From Candidatus Saccharimonadales bacterium (GTDB lineage Bacteria; Patescibacteriota; Saccharimonadia; QS-5-54-17): 64,000 nt of DNA. A program made the translations under genes and the position numbers. The notes below the pieces were generated by a model that did no database searches, was not told the origin of the DNA, and was given only the letters and a program-made list of their open reading frames with translations. Shown here in pieces: positions 9,283-16,980 of this stretch. The stretch covers positions 29,361 to 93,360 of the forward strand of contig JBBDUI010000002.1 of the NCBI GenBank assembly GCA_040903985.1, read 5' to 3'. How positions within the stretch are numbered: the stretch's first letter is position 1; each line of letters starts with the position of its first letter.

Positions 9283-10642
9283 CACTCTAAACAAACAGGT
9301 TACAGAATTTAAGCCGCTTGCCCCCGGCAGGGTAAAGATGTTTGTCTGCGGCCCGACCGTTTACGAACTGTCCCATATCGGTCACGCTAAAACCTACATC
9401 CAGATGGACGTCCTAGCGCGAACTCTGCGCCGACTGGGCTACGAGCTGACCTACTTGCAAAACATTACCGACATCGACGACCGGATCATTACTCGAGCTT
9501 GGGAGCGGAGTGAGGACTGGCGAGAGCTGGCGAACCATTTTGAGGCAGAGTACCTAAAAGATATGACCACGCTTAACAATATGGCTGTCGATACTTACGC
9601 CAGAGCCACCGACCATATCGACGATATTATTCGTCAGGTGGAGGCGCTGATGACGAAGGGTCACGCCTACGAGATAGCAGATGATGGCATCTACTTCGAG
9701 ATCGCCACTTTTCCTGATTATGGTAAACTGTCCGGTCGTCAGCAGGTTGGTGAGCACGACTCACAAGCGCGAATTGATCAAAGTGAACATAAGCGTGGCT
9801 GGAACGATTTCTGTCTTTGGAAGTTCCACAAGCCTAATGAGCCGGCCTGGGATGCACCGTTTGGTAAGGGTAGGCCCGGCTGGCACATTGAGGATACGGC
9901 TATCAGTGAACACTACTTCGGACCCCAGTACGATATTCACGGCGGAGCCATCGATCTCATTTTTCCGCACCATGAGGCCGAGTTAACACAGATGGAGGCC
10001 ATTTCCGGTCTCACTCCGTTTGTCGGCTATTGGACGCACACCGGCTTTCTGCAGGTGGATGAGGAGAAGATGTCGAAGAGCTTAGATAACTTCTACACCA
10101 TCCAGGATGTAGTGGACCGAGGGTATGACCCGATGAGTTTACGTTTAGCTGTCCTACAATCACATTACCGCTCACCGATAAACTTTACCTGGGACACTCT
10201 CAAATCGGCTCACACCCGTCTGATGGATTTAAGGGCCATGGCCGATCTACGGTGGCAGCTGTATAAGGATGAGTCAGCCAACTCTGATATCAGCTTCGAT
10301 AAGTCGAGCGAATCTTTCCTGAATGCGATGGCTAACGACCTCAACTCGCCCCAGGCTCTGGCTCAAATAGCGAACGATGAAAGACTATTCGCCCAAAATC
10401 TGATCAGTGAGAGTCAGCAGGACGGTTTCATTAATTACTTACAGACCATTGATGATGTGCTAGGCCTAGGCCTACTTAGCTCTAGTGACATTACTGAGGA
10501 GCAGAAGGAACTACTGCAGCAGCGTGAACACGCCCGCACGGCGGCAGACTGGAAAGCAGCCGATCTAGCCCGAGACGAGTTAGCCAAGCACAACTTAGCC
10601 GTACGGGACACTCCGAAGGGTCAGGTCTGGGCGCGTACCTAG
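9269..10642 (+). CDS. cysS: Cysteine--tRNA ligase
   Basis: Class I HIGH motif (SHIGHAKTY) and KMSKS motif. N-terminus MKLYSTLNKQ..FKP is CysRS-like. The ORF-track start at 9206 is an upstream in-frame extension; the ATG at 9269 overlaps the nrnA stop. Confidence 0.9.
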   Translation: MKLYSTLNKQVTEFKPLAPGRVKMFVCGPTVYELSHIGHAKTYIQMDVLARTLRRLGYELTYLQNITDIDDRIITRAWERSEDWRELANHFEAEYLKDMTTLNNMAVDTYARATDHIDDIIRQVEALMTKGHAYEIADDGIYFEIATFPDYGKLSGRQQVGEHDSQARIDQSEHKRGWNDFCLWKFHKPNEPAWDAPFGKGRPGWHIEDTAISEHYFGPQYDIHGGAIDLIFPHHEAELTQMEAISGLTPFVGYWTHTGFLQVDEEKMSKSLDNFYTIQDVVDRGYDPMSLRLAVLQSHYRSPINFTWDTLKSAHTRLMDLRAMADLRWQLYKDESANSDISFDKSSESFLNAMANDLNSPQALAQIANDERLFAQNLISESQQDGFINYLQTIDDVLGLGLLSSSDITEEQKELLQQREHARTAADWKAADLARDELAKHNLAVRDTPKGQVWART

Positions 10643-10645
10643 TCT

Positions 10646-11701
10646 TTATCGGTGTGTGAGAGCTTCAGGCCCACCTTTTTCGATGTAGTAGTTAATCAAA
10701 ATCTTCAGACAGGCTCCGGCCGGTATGGCTAGAAGAGCACCGACGAAGCCAGCAATGTAAACCCCGACTAGGGCAGAGAGTAGCACAAAGAGCGGTGTCA
10801 TACTGATAGTGCGAGACTGAATGATCGGCTCAAATACGTTATTCTCGATTTGCTGATAGATGATATAGAAGATACCTAGCATGATAGCCGTCACTATAGA
10901 CTGCGAAAGTGCGACAGCGATGATTATTACCGCGCCTAATGTGTTCCCGATGAGTGGAATAAGTCCGGTCAGCCAGATGACCGCTGCCAGCGATACGGGC
11001 GCCGGCATACCTAGAATGGTTAGCAGGATTAAGGTAGTTGTAGCTGAGATCGAGGTGACGATCAACTGGCCGTTGACGAAGCCGGTTACCGCCTTATACA
11101 TCCGTGCAATTAAAGTGGCCCCACCTGAACGTAATCGTTTCGATAGTTGCCTAGATAGCCCATCGATCCATGTAGGCCCTTCTATAGTCAGATGGAAAGC
11201 TAGGGCCACGGTAAAGACGAGCAGTAAGAGGTTAGAGAGCAGTCGATTAATCAGACCTATAACAGTGCCGGAAGAGGCAGCTAAGCCGGTAGCTACATTG
11301 CTCATCAGTGTTTCGATACTACCCACTAAATCGACGCTATTAAGCCAGCGACTCAAGGTGCCCTCACCCATTTGCAGCTCATCTAGATAGCTCGGCAACT
11401 GCACGGCTAACTCACGACCTTGAGTGCTAATGACCGGCACTATCAGTGCCACAATTAAGCTAACTATCAGACCGATCAGTATGAATACTAGAGTGGTAGC
11501 CAGCCTGCGATTTTCACCCGGCATGTAAGGGCTTAGACGATTCACTGGCCCGTTGACGGCTATGGCGATGAAGCCAGCTACCACGAAGACGCCTAAAGCC
11601 GATCGGATATGGTAGAGCACTAGGGCTGCAGCTACTAGCAATAAAACGACACCTAAACGCCGGATAATACTTTCGGTCGATATGTCGATCGTTACCGTCA
11701 C
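10646..11701 (-). CDS. AI-2E family transporter (PerM/YhhT-like) paralog 1
   Basis: 351 aa polytopic membrane protein with the conserved FVNGQLI and GLIPLIG...GAV motifs of the AI-2E/UPF0118 family. Confidence 0.85.
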   Translation of the reverse strand: MTVTIDISTESIIRRLGVVLLLVAAALVLYHIRSALGVFVVAGFIAIAVNGPVNRLSPYMPGENRRLATTLVFILIGLIVSLIVALIVPVISTQGRELAVQLPSYLDELQMGEGTLSRWLNSVDLVGSIETLMSNVATGLAASSGTVIGLINRLLSNLLLLVFTVALAFHLTIEGPTWIDGLSRQLSKRLRSGGATLIARMYKAVTGFVNGQLIVTSISATTTLILLTILGMPAPVSLAAVIWLTGLIPLIGNTLGAVIIIAVALSQSIVTAIMLGIFYIIYQQIENNVFEPIIQSRTISMTPLFVLLSALVGVYIAGFVGALLAIPAGACLKILINYYIEKGGPEALTHR

Positions 11702-11710
11702 GGCATCGAC

Positions 11711-12793
11711 CTAACTGTGGGCCAGATTGTGCTGTTCTAAGTAGTCAATGACGAGAATGCGGATACAGCCAGCGATCGGGATGGCCAGCAGTCCACCTAA
11801 GATACCGGCCAGCGTGATACCGACAACGACCGAGGCCAGAATTAAGAGCGGTGACATACCCAGTGATTTAGACTGAATAGCTGGCTGGATGACGTTATTC
11901 TCAACTTGCTGGTAGGCGACGAAGTAGATAGTTAGAATCAGTGCGACTGTGACTGATTCGAATAGTCCAACTGCGATGACCAGTACCGCACCTAGTGTCG
12001 CACCGATGACCGGGATAATGCCTAAGACCGCCACGATACCGGCCAGCGAGAGGGCAAAGGGCACACCCAAGATAGCCAGTATGATGAAGGTGGCTACACC
12101 GTTGATGGAAGCGATAATGAGCTGACCGTTGACGAAGCTCGTGATGACGTTATACATGCGCTGTACCAGCTTCTTACGGTGCTTGCGATTCCCCTTAGGC
12201 TGTAGCTCCCAGAACTTCTTCACCCATTTCGGCCCTTCGACTAGCATGAAGAAGGTGAGGACTAGTACAGTTAGGGTTGATACCAGGTTAGAGAAGACGC
12301 GTTCTAGCACTGTGATCACCGGTTCACCGGCACCCGATACCCGGTTTAGCACGCTGTCCTGTAGATTGCCCGTTCCTTCGTCTAGATCGTAGTAGTTGAC
12401 CACAGTACCTAAGAATCCATCAGCTTCCTGCAGCTCCTCTATGTAGTCAGGAAAGCTCTCGACAAGTTGTACGGTCTGACGCACGATTGGTGGCATTAGT
12501 GAGGTAGCTAGGATAACGACTAAGGAAATAGCTAGGATATAGACCGCGCCAGTAGCTAAGCCACGACTCTTCCGCGGCATTTTCCGCACCAGAAAGTTTA
12601 CGGCCGGCGAGAGGGCAATAGCTAAGAAGAAAGCGACTAAGATCAGCATTAGAGCGTGACGAGTAGCTAGGACTAGCTGTACGGCCAGCACGAAGCCGAG
12701 GCCGATCGCAAAGACACGGAAGATAGTGCGGTTACTAACGTCGACCTTTAGTTGCATAAGTTCACTCAACTTTTTCATTCCCTCTAGTATCAC
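11711..12793 (-). CDS. AI-2E family transporter paralog 2
   Basis: 360 aa with the same motif set (FVNGQLIIASI, GIIPVIGATLGAV) and clear paralogy to the adjacent gene. Confidence 0.85.
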   Translation of the reverse strand: MILEGMKKLSELMQLKVDVSNRTIFRVFAIGLGFVLAVQLVLATRHALMLILVAFFLAIALSPAVNFLVRKMPRKSRGLATGAVYILAISLVVILATSLMPPIVRQTVQLVESFPDYIEELQEADGFLGTVVNYYDLDEGTGNLQDSVLNRVSGAGEPVITVLERVFSNLVSTLTVLVLTFFMLVEGPKWVKKFWELQPKGNRKHRKKLVQRMYNVITSFVNGQLIIASINGVATFIILAILGVPFALSLAGIVAVLGIIPVIGATLGAVLVIAVGLFESVTVALILTIYFVAYQQVENNVIQPAIQSKSLGMSPLLILASVVVGITLAGILGGLLAIPIAGCIRILVIDYLEQHNLAHS

Positions 12794-12901
12794 TTACCTA
12801 AGGCCGATTGGTCAAGTTTGCGAGACTCTTATACCGGCTAAGTAGCACCAGATCAAGCGTTTTGGTACAATACCCTTGCTCAGTAATTATAGTATTGAGG
12901 C

Positions 12902-12929
12902 CAAAACAAAACGATACTGTTTTGTTTTG
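12902..12929. repeat. Perfect 11-bp inverted repeat caaaacaaaac-gatact-gttttgttttg upstream of the AI-2E operon
   Basis: Read directly in the sequence. Located in the 5' region of the minus-strand AI-2E genes and upstream of the tRNA cluster. Confidence 0.5.
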
Positions 12930-13004
12930 AAAAGGAAAAAGAGCGAAAAGTTGAAGTTTATTGCGTTATCGTAATAAACGAAAACTGACAGCATCTTTTG
13001 ACGT

Positions 13005-13051
13005 TGGGGAGTGGCCAAAAAGGTAGTGGCACCAGTTTTTGGTACTGGCAT
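13005..13051 (+). pseudogene. 5' half of a tRNA-Gln-like gene (acceptor 5' strand, D-arm, intact TTG anticodon arm) lacking a T-arm and 3' acceptor
   Basis: TGGGGAGTGGCCAAAAAGGTAGTGGCACCAGTTTTTGGTACTGGCAT matches the 5' 45 nt of the downstream tRNA-Gln except in the D-loop. No CTCCCCA 3' strand is found within the next 160 nt. Confidence 0.5.
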
Positions 13052-13214
13052 GAGGGGCGAGAGCTGCCAGTGGCAGTTCGAGAGCCGGAGCCACGACGGT
13101 GGCGAGGCGGGCCCGACTGAATTTCCAGCAGGAAATTACAGGTGGGTCGAATCCCTGCATAATTAACAATTCGAACCCCCCCCCGCTATCTCGGGGTATA
13201 ATAGAGGTACATAA

Positions 13215-13289
13215 TGGGGAGTGGCCAAGTGGTAAGGCACCAGTTTTTGGTACTGGCATTCGGGGGTTCGAATCCCTCCTCCCCAGCCA
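13215..13289 (+). tRNA. tRNA-Gln (anticodon TTG), encoded CCA
   Basis: Hand-folded cloverleaf: acceptor TGGGGAG/CTCCCCA, D-arm GCCA-AGTGGTAA-GGCA, anticodon stem CCAGT/ACTGG with loop TTTTGGT, T-arm GGGGG-TTCGAAT-CCCTC, discriminator G, CCA. Very close to E. coli tRNA-Gln. Confidence 0.9.
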
Positions 13290-13330
13290 AGCTTTTAGGT
13301 ATACCTTCTGCTATGGCTAAAAGCTTTGTT
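13290..13330 (+). terminator. Terminator-like hairpin immediately after tRNA-Gln
   Basis: agcttttag ... ctaaaagct 9-bp stem with an 18-nt loop, followed by TTTGTT. Confidence 0.5.
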
Positions 13331-13441
13331 AGAGAAGGGGTATGGATTCGAACCCGAGAGGACATAAACTGCCTGTGGCAGTTTATGGTTACCTTGCTTG
13401 GCCGAGCGAGAAACGCATTTCGAGCGAGCATAATAAACACA

Positions 13442-13462
13442 CGAATCCCTCCTCCCCAGCCA
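13442..13462 (+). repeat. Exact 21-nt direct repeat of the tRNA-Gln 3' end (cgaatccctcctccccagcca = 13269-13289)
   Basis: Identical 21-mer found 173 nt downstream of the tRNA. Resembles an att-type duplication of a tRNA 3' end. Confidence 0.7.
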
Positions 13463-13520
13463 TTACGCCTATGCTTATAAATTTATATCTGGTGACCTCC
13501 AAATTTGTTATAGTTAGCAT

Positions 13521-13916
13521 ATGATCCACATAAACTATAAACTACAAGAATCTAAGCTACACGGTGTAGGATTATTCGCAGCTCAAGACATCAAGAAAGG
13601 TGCGCTAGTGTATACTGCCAGCCCTCTTCTCGATCTAGATCTAACTCAAAAAGAATTTGACCAATTAAACAAAAAAGAAAGGGAGGAAGTATTGTGGTGG
13701 GGGTTTTTTGATGTACCTAGCCAAAAATGGCACGTGGACTTTGATGTATCAAAATTTATAAATCACTCATTTGATGCGAGCTTAACACAGGACGAAAACC
13801 ACGACGAAGCATACCTTGTAGCTACTCGTGATATCGGGGCTGGCGAAGAGCTTACGCAAAATTATTTAGAATTTGAGTCGAAAGATGAATTGAAAAGGCG
13901 CGGAATAGAAACCTAA
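13521..13916 (+). CDS. Small SET-domain protein (putative protein-lysine methyltransferase)
   Basis: 131 aa with an N-terminal Gly-rich SET motif (HGVGLFAAQDIKKGALV), an NHS(C/F) motif (FINHSFDAS) and a C-terminal GEELTQNY motif. Same size class as minimal viral/bacterial SET proteins. Confidence 0.7.
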   Translation: MIHINYKLQESKLHGVGLFAAQDIKKGALVYTASPLLDLDLTQKEFDQLNKKEREEVLWWGFFDVPSQKWHVDFDVSKFINHSFDASLTQDENHDEAYLVATRDIGAGEELTQNYLEFESKDELKRRGIET

Positions 13917-13928
13917 TGTACTTTTGGG

Positions 13929-13957
13929 AAGTTGCGAAGTTCATCCACTAAGGGCAG
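13929..13957 (+). repeat. 29-nt exact direct repeat, copy 1 (AAGTTGCGAAGTTCATCCACTAAGGGCAG)
   Basis: Identical to 14280-14308. Lies about 40 nt upstream of the probable start of the next small gene. Confidence 0.85.
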
Positions 13958-13996
13958 CCATATTTGAGTTTAATTACATTCTGTTATTATATACAT

Positions 13997-14224
13997 ATGA
14001 GTGAAAATGAACCAGCGCGCCAAGAACCACCCCTTACTCGAGAACGTCTATTAGTTGATATGATAATGTTTGATGCTGACTGTGGTGATGGTGATTACAG
14101 GACTCGTATTCCAGCAGATGGTAGTAGCCATCCTCCAGAAGTGGTGTCTGGTGAAGTTATTTATGACTTACGACCAGAGAATGAAGGTCCAGTAGTCAAA
14201 TTCATAGAAGAGTCTACTAAATAA
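13997..14224 (+). CDS. Hypothetical small acidic protein. The ORF extends to 13964, but the ATG at 13997 is more plausible.
   Basis: ORF with no recognisable domain. Flanked by the two 29-nt repeats. Confidence 0.4.
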   Translation: MSENEPARQEPPLTRERLLVDMIMFDADCGDGDYRTRIPADGSSHPPEVVSGEVIYDLRPENEGPVVKFIEESTK

Positions 14225-14279
14225 TAGGCAACCCGTAACCTACTTTTTAGTTATATTGATTCCAATATAACTAAATGAT

Positions 14280-14308
14280 AAGTTGCGAAGTTCATCCACT
14301 AAGGGCAG
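14280..14308 (+). repeat. 29-nt exact direct repeat, copy 2
   Basis: Identical to 13929-13957. Lies 43 nt upstream of the start of the YunG-like gene. Confidence 0.85.
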
Positions 14309-14350
14309 TCAAGCATAAGCACCACGATAGACTTATCCGGAAAACCCTTT

Positions 14351-14767
14351 GTGTTTGGTATGATCAGATGCATGGGGAATAGAGCCGCACCGAGTTTAAT
14401 TGAAGTACGTGAAGCAATTGAAGCTTCATGGAGCGCCGATACGGCCTACGGAGCGGTGTTCACGGAAGGAAACCCAGCACTTGGGAATTGTTATCCTACT
14501 TCGCGGGTTGTGCAGCATTTCTTCCCAAATACCGAACTCACTGAGGGCATAATCTTAACTAGTGCAGGTCAGGAAAAGCATTTTTGGAACATGCTCGTTG
14601 CTGATGGCACTGAATACCATATTGACCTTACGTGGCAACAGTTCCCACCGGGTTCAGTAGTTATGGATTATGAAATTCGATATCTTCACAAGCTTAATGA
14701 CGGCGAAGATGCAATTAGACGTGTGGAATTACTGTTAAGCCGCGTTAAACAGTTTATTCAGATATAA
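14351..14767 (+). CDS. YunG-like family protein (function unknown)
   Basis: Motif pattern SWS...NPALGNCYPTSRVV...HFWN...DLTWQQF parallels the Bacillus YunG family (SWS..NPA.GQC.VTALVV..HFYN..DLT.SQF). Confidence 0.5.
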   Translation: MFGMIRCMGNRAAPSLIEVREAIEASWSADTAYGAVFTEGNPALGNCYPTSRVVQHFFPNTELTEGIILTSAGQEKHFWNMLVADGTEYHIDLTWQQFPPGSVVMDYEIRYLHKLNDGEDAIRRVELLLSRVKQFIQI

Positions 14768-14840
14768 CCGGAAAGTTGCATACTAACTCAGCTGGGGGTA
14801 GTCATTGATATATGCTCCACACCCATATTCCTCTCATTCT

Positions 14841-15356
14841 CTAAGCCAGCAAGCTCAAAGCAAGTTTATGCAAATCAGGAAATCTGAGGCTACTATGTTG
14901 CAGGAGGTCTGCTTGATCTATCCAGAAAGCATTTGAGCATTCTACGTTTGGCTTAAAGAAACCAACTGGATCGTAATCACCCTTACATTTAATATGCGCA
15001 ATACTTACTCTATAGCCATCTTCACTGTGAACGCCATCACTGTGATAGCCGGCTACATCAAATATGTGCAGGGTCACATCCCTTGCATCTGTAGAGAAAA
15101 CTGGACTAATTTCTTCCTCTAGACACCGTGATATCCCATCTGCCACACCTTCGTCGGTATGAAGAGTCTCTGTTGGTATGGTGATTTCTTCGCCTCGCTG
15201 AAGTGCTAAGATCTTCCCGTCAGAATTAGTTATGATGATAGCTACCCCATCATTTGGGGCAGTTTCGTACTGCTCGATAGCAGTATCTAGAAGTTCGTCG
15301 ATAGGATTACACTCATACATTGAAGTTATTAAACAATAAATACTAAAGATATGCAA
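14841..15356 (-). CDS. Putative NUDIX-like hydrolase. The start may be the internal Met at 15320.
   Basis: N-terminal GVAIIITNSDGKILALQRG resembles the start of a NUDIX fold. A degenerate Nudix-box-like segment (E...ADGISRCLEEEIS) follows. Weak call. Confidence 0.4.
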   Translation of the reverse strand: MHIFSIYCLITSMYECNPIDELLDTAIEQYETAPNDGVAIIITNSDGKILALQRGEEITIPTETLHTDEGVADGISRCLEEEISPVFSTDARDVTLHIFDVAGYHSDGVHSEDGYRVSIAHIKCKGDYDPVGFFKPNVECSNAFWIDQADLLQHSSLRFPDLHKLALSLLA

Positions 15357-15517
15357 CTACTACGTCGGGTAAGGCGCAGCAACTACATAGTGTATCCCCT
15401 CAGGAGGTGTAGACTTGGGTGAACTTGCTTAAGTATCTTGGATGATCCTTCAACCAGTAGCCTTCACTATAAGTATGAAATAATGTAAAATTTATTGTAT
15501 TAAAGAGAGGTACAGCG

Positions 15518-16036
15518 ATGGCGGAGAAGATGCTACCTATTATGACCCGCAATAATCCGGAAGTTATGGCCGGAATACTGAGAAGAGTACCGCACGCACT
15601 AACAGAAGAAGCACCGAGAGACCTAAATGAATCTGACGGAGAGAGTCTCGATAGACAGCGAAAAGTAGCGGCGACAGGTAAGCTAATAGCAGACTTACTA
15701 AAAAGCCTTGACGTCGAGCCTGAGTCTAGATCTATGCCCACAGGAGACGCGTCTACTCGGTCTGCCGATATCGAAGGATGGACAGTACTAGACCCGGAGG
15801 ATATCGCTGTAGCCAATGGGGTGTTCTTAGCTACAAATGGTGCGATCAAGAGGTTGTGGCATACAAGGTATGGGTCCATGAGTAGTACGTTTATGCATGA
15901 ATGTTGGGAAGGCTCCTCTGAAGCTATGTGGGTGCTAGAAAGTCAGCAGTTCCAGCATGGGATCGCTAAGCTGATTGCACATGCCCAACAGGGTACTGAA
16001 GTCGCTGCGATAACTGATGCAGAAAGCCTGTCATAG
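15518..16036 (+). CDS. Hypothetical protein (172 aa)
   Basis: Good RBS (agagagg) upstream. The overlapping antisense ORF 15400-15879 is Ser-rich and low-complexity and was rejected. Confidence 0.5.
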   Translation: MAEKMLPIMTRNNPEVMAGILRRVPHALTEEAPRDLNESDGESLDRQRKVAATGKLIADLLKSLDVEPESRSMPTGDASTRSADIEGWTVLDPEDIAVANGVFLATNGAIKRLWHTRYGSMSSTFMHECWEGSSEAMWVLESQQFQHGIAKLIAHAQQGTEVAAITDAESLS

Positions 16037-16417
16037 ATTTGGTTTCTGCATAAAGTGCCTTGTTCTTAAGACGGAATTTAACGAGTCTTAAGCGACTAAT
16101 ATCTTCTTGGAACACGTCCACTAGCCCTGAAATACATTAGTTAAGAATAAAACTACATAGCAGATATAATGTAGCTTAGCTGGTACTGATATAATGTGCG
16201 TATGGGTTTTATAGACATAATCATTGAATACTTCACCTCAGATAAAAGAAGTAAGAGGCTCATACTTCTAGCTTGTTTATTGGCGTTCGTGTTCATAACA
16301 TTATTTATAATTTTATAGTATGGTTCGAACCTGGTCCTTACCGATATAGTCAAGCCCAGTAGGGTATAAACTGCCTATGCTTGTGAATACTCATGGTAAT
16401 CGCTTAGAATTAACTAC

Positions 16418-16771
16418 ATGATTGGCAAGCCATACGCAGTAGAGTTAAAGACGCTTGATGATTCTAGTTGCGATGTCGTATTTGAGATTAGACCTCCAGT
16501 TGAGTTCATCAGTGAAGAGGCGAGAAAGGCATTTGGTCGGACTGTCCTAATGCTCATAAACCGAAGGGCTGATACGAGAGATCAAGTACTTGACGATGGA
16601 ATGGTTGAGATTACCCACGATAAGCCGAATGGTGAGTCGACGATGGGTTATGCCAAAATTAAAACTTTGCGTTATGGATCAGGAAAAGAGATATTTACCC
16701 AGGCTTTGCTCCTAGCACTGAATGGCGACGCTCCGGACCTCTACGCTGATGGTGCTGTGCCCTGGGAGTAG
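16418..16771 (+). CDS. Hypothetical protein (117 aa) preceding the repeat-protein cassette
   Basis: ORF with coding-like composition and no recognised domain. Confidence 0.45.
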   Translation: MIGKPYAVELKTLDDSSCDVVFEIRPPVEFISEEARKAFGRTVLMLINRRADTRDQVLDDGMVEITHDKPNGESTMGYAKIKTLRYGSGKEIFTQALLLALNGDAPDLYADGAVPWE

Positions 16772-16980
16772 GTACTGTTAGCCTATTCGTTCAGCTAGAG
16801 ACTGTATCGAAGCAACCGGCTCGTTAAACACTAAATAGTTGTTACTAGTGCCCATCATTTATAGAGGAAAGTTAAGCTTTAAACCCCTTATACTTTAAGG
16901 TAAAATATTCATAAGCACAGAATGTGTAGAACTGTATCAGTTGTTGAGAAAATAAATAGGAATTTTTCAGTAGGAGTATC

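Noticed and set aside
10881-11390. 169-aa plus-strand ORF inside the AI-2E gene, and a similar ORF at 12129-12392
   Set aside because: They are antisense to well-supported membrane-protein genes, and their composition is typical of shadow ORFs.
13005-13214. tRNA-Gln with a large intron or a giant variable arm
   Set aside because: The anticodon loop is intact, so this is not an anticodon-loop intron. No T-arm and no complementary 3' acceptor strand (CTCCCCA) follow within 160 nt. The insert is too short for a group I intron.
13337-13463. tmRNA or other tRNA-like ncRNA (GGGGTATGGATTCGA...CCTCCTCCCCAGCCA resembles tmRNA 5' and 3' ends)
   Set aside because: The span is only about 126 nt. No 7-bp acceptor pairing exists between the 5' GGGG region and the 3' end, and no T-arm can be folded. 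It is better explained as a duplicated tRNA 3' end plus a T-loop-like repeat.
13929-14308. Possible CRISPR array (29-nt exact repeats)
   Set aside because: Only two exact copies, about 320 bp apart, with a protein-coding ORF between them. There is no regular repeat-spacer periodicity and no cas genes.
15400-15879. Minus-strand 159-aa ORF overlapping the 15518-16036 gene
   Set aside because: The product is Ser-rich and low-complexity with no RBS. The plus-strand ORF has a strong RBS and balanced composition.
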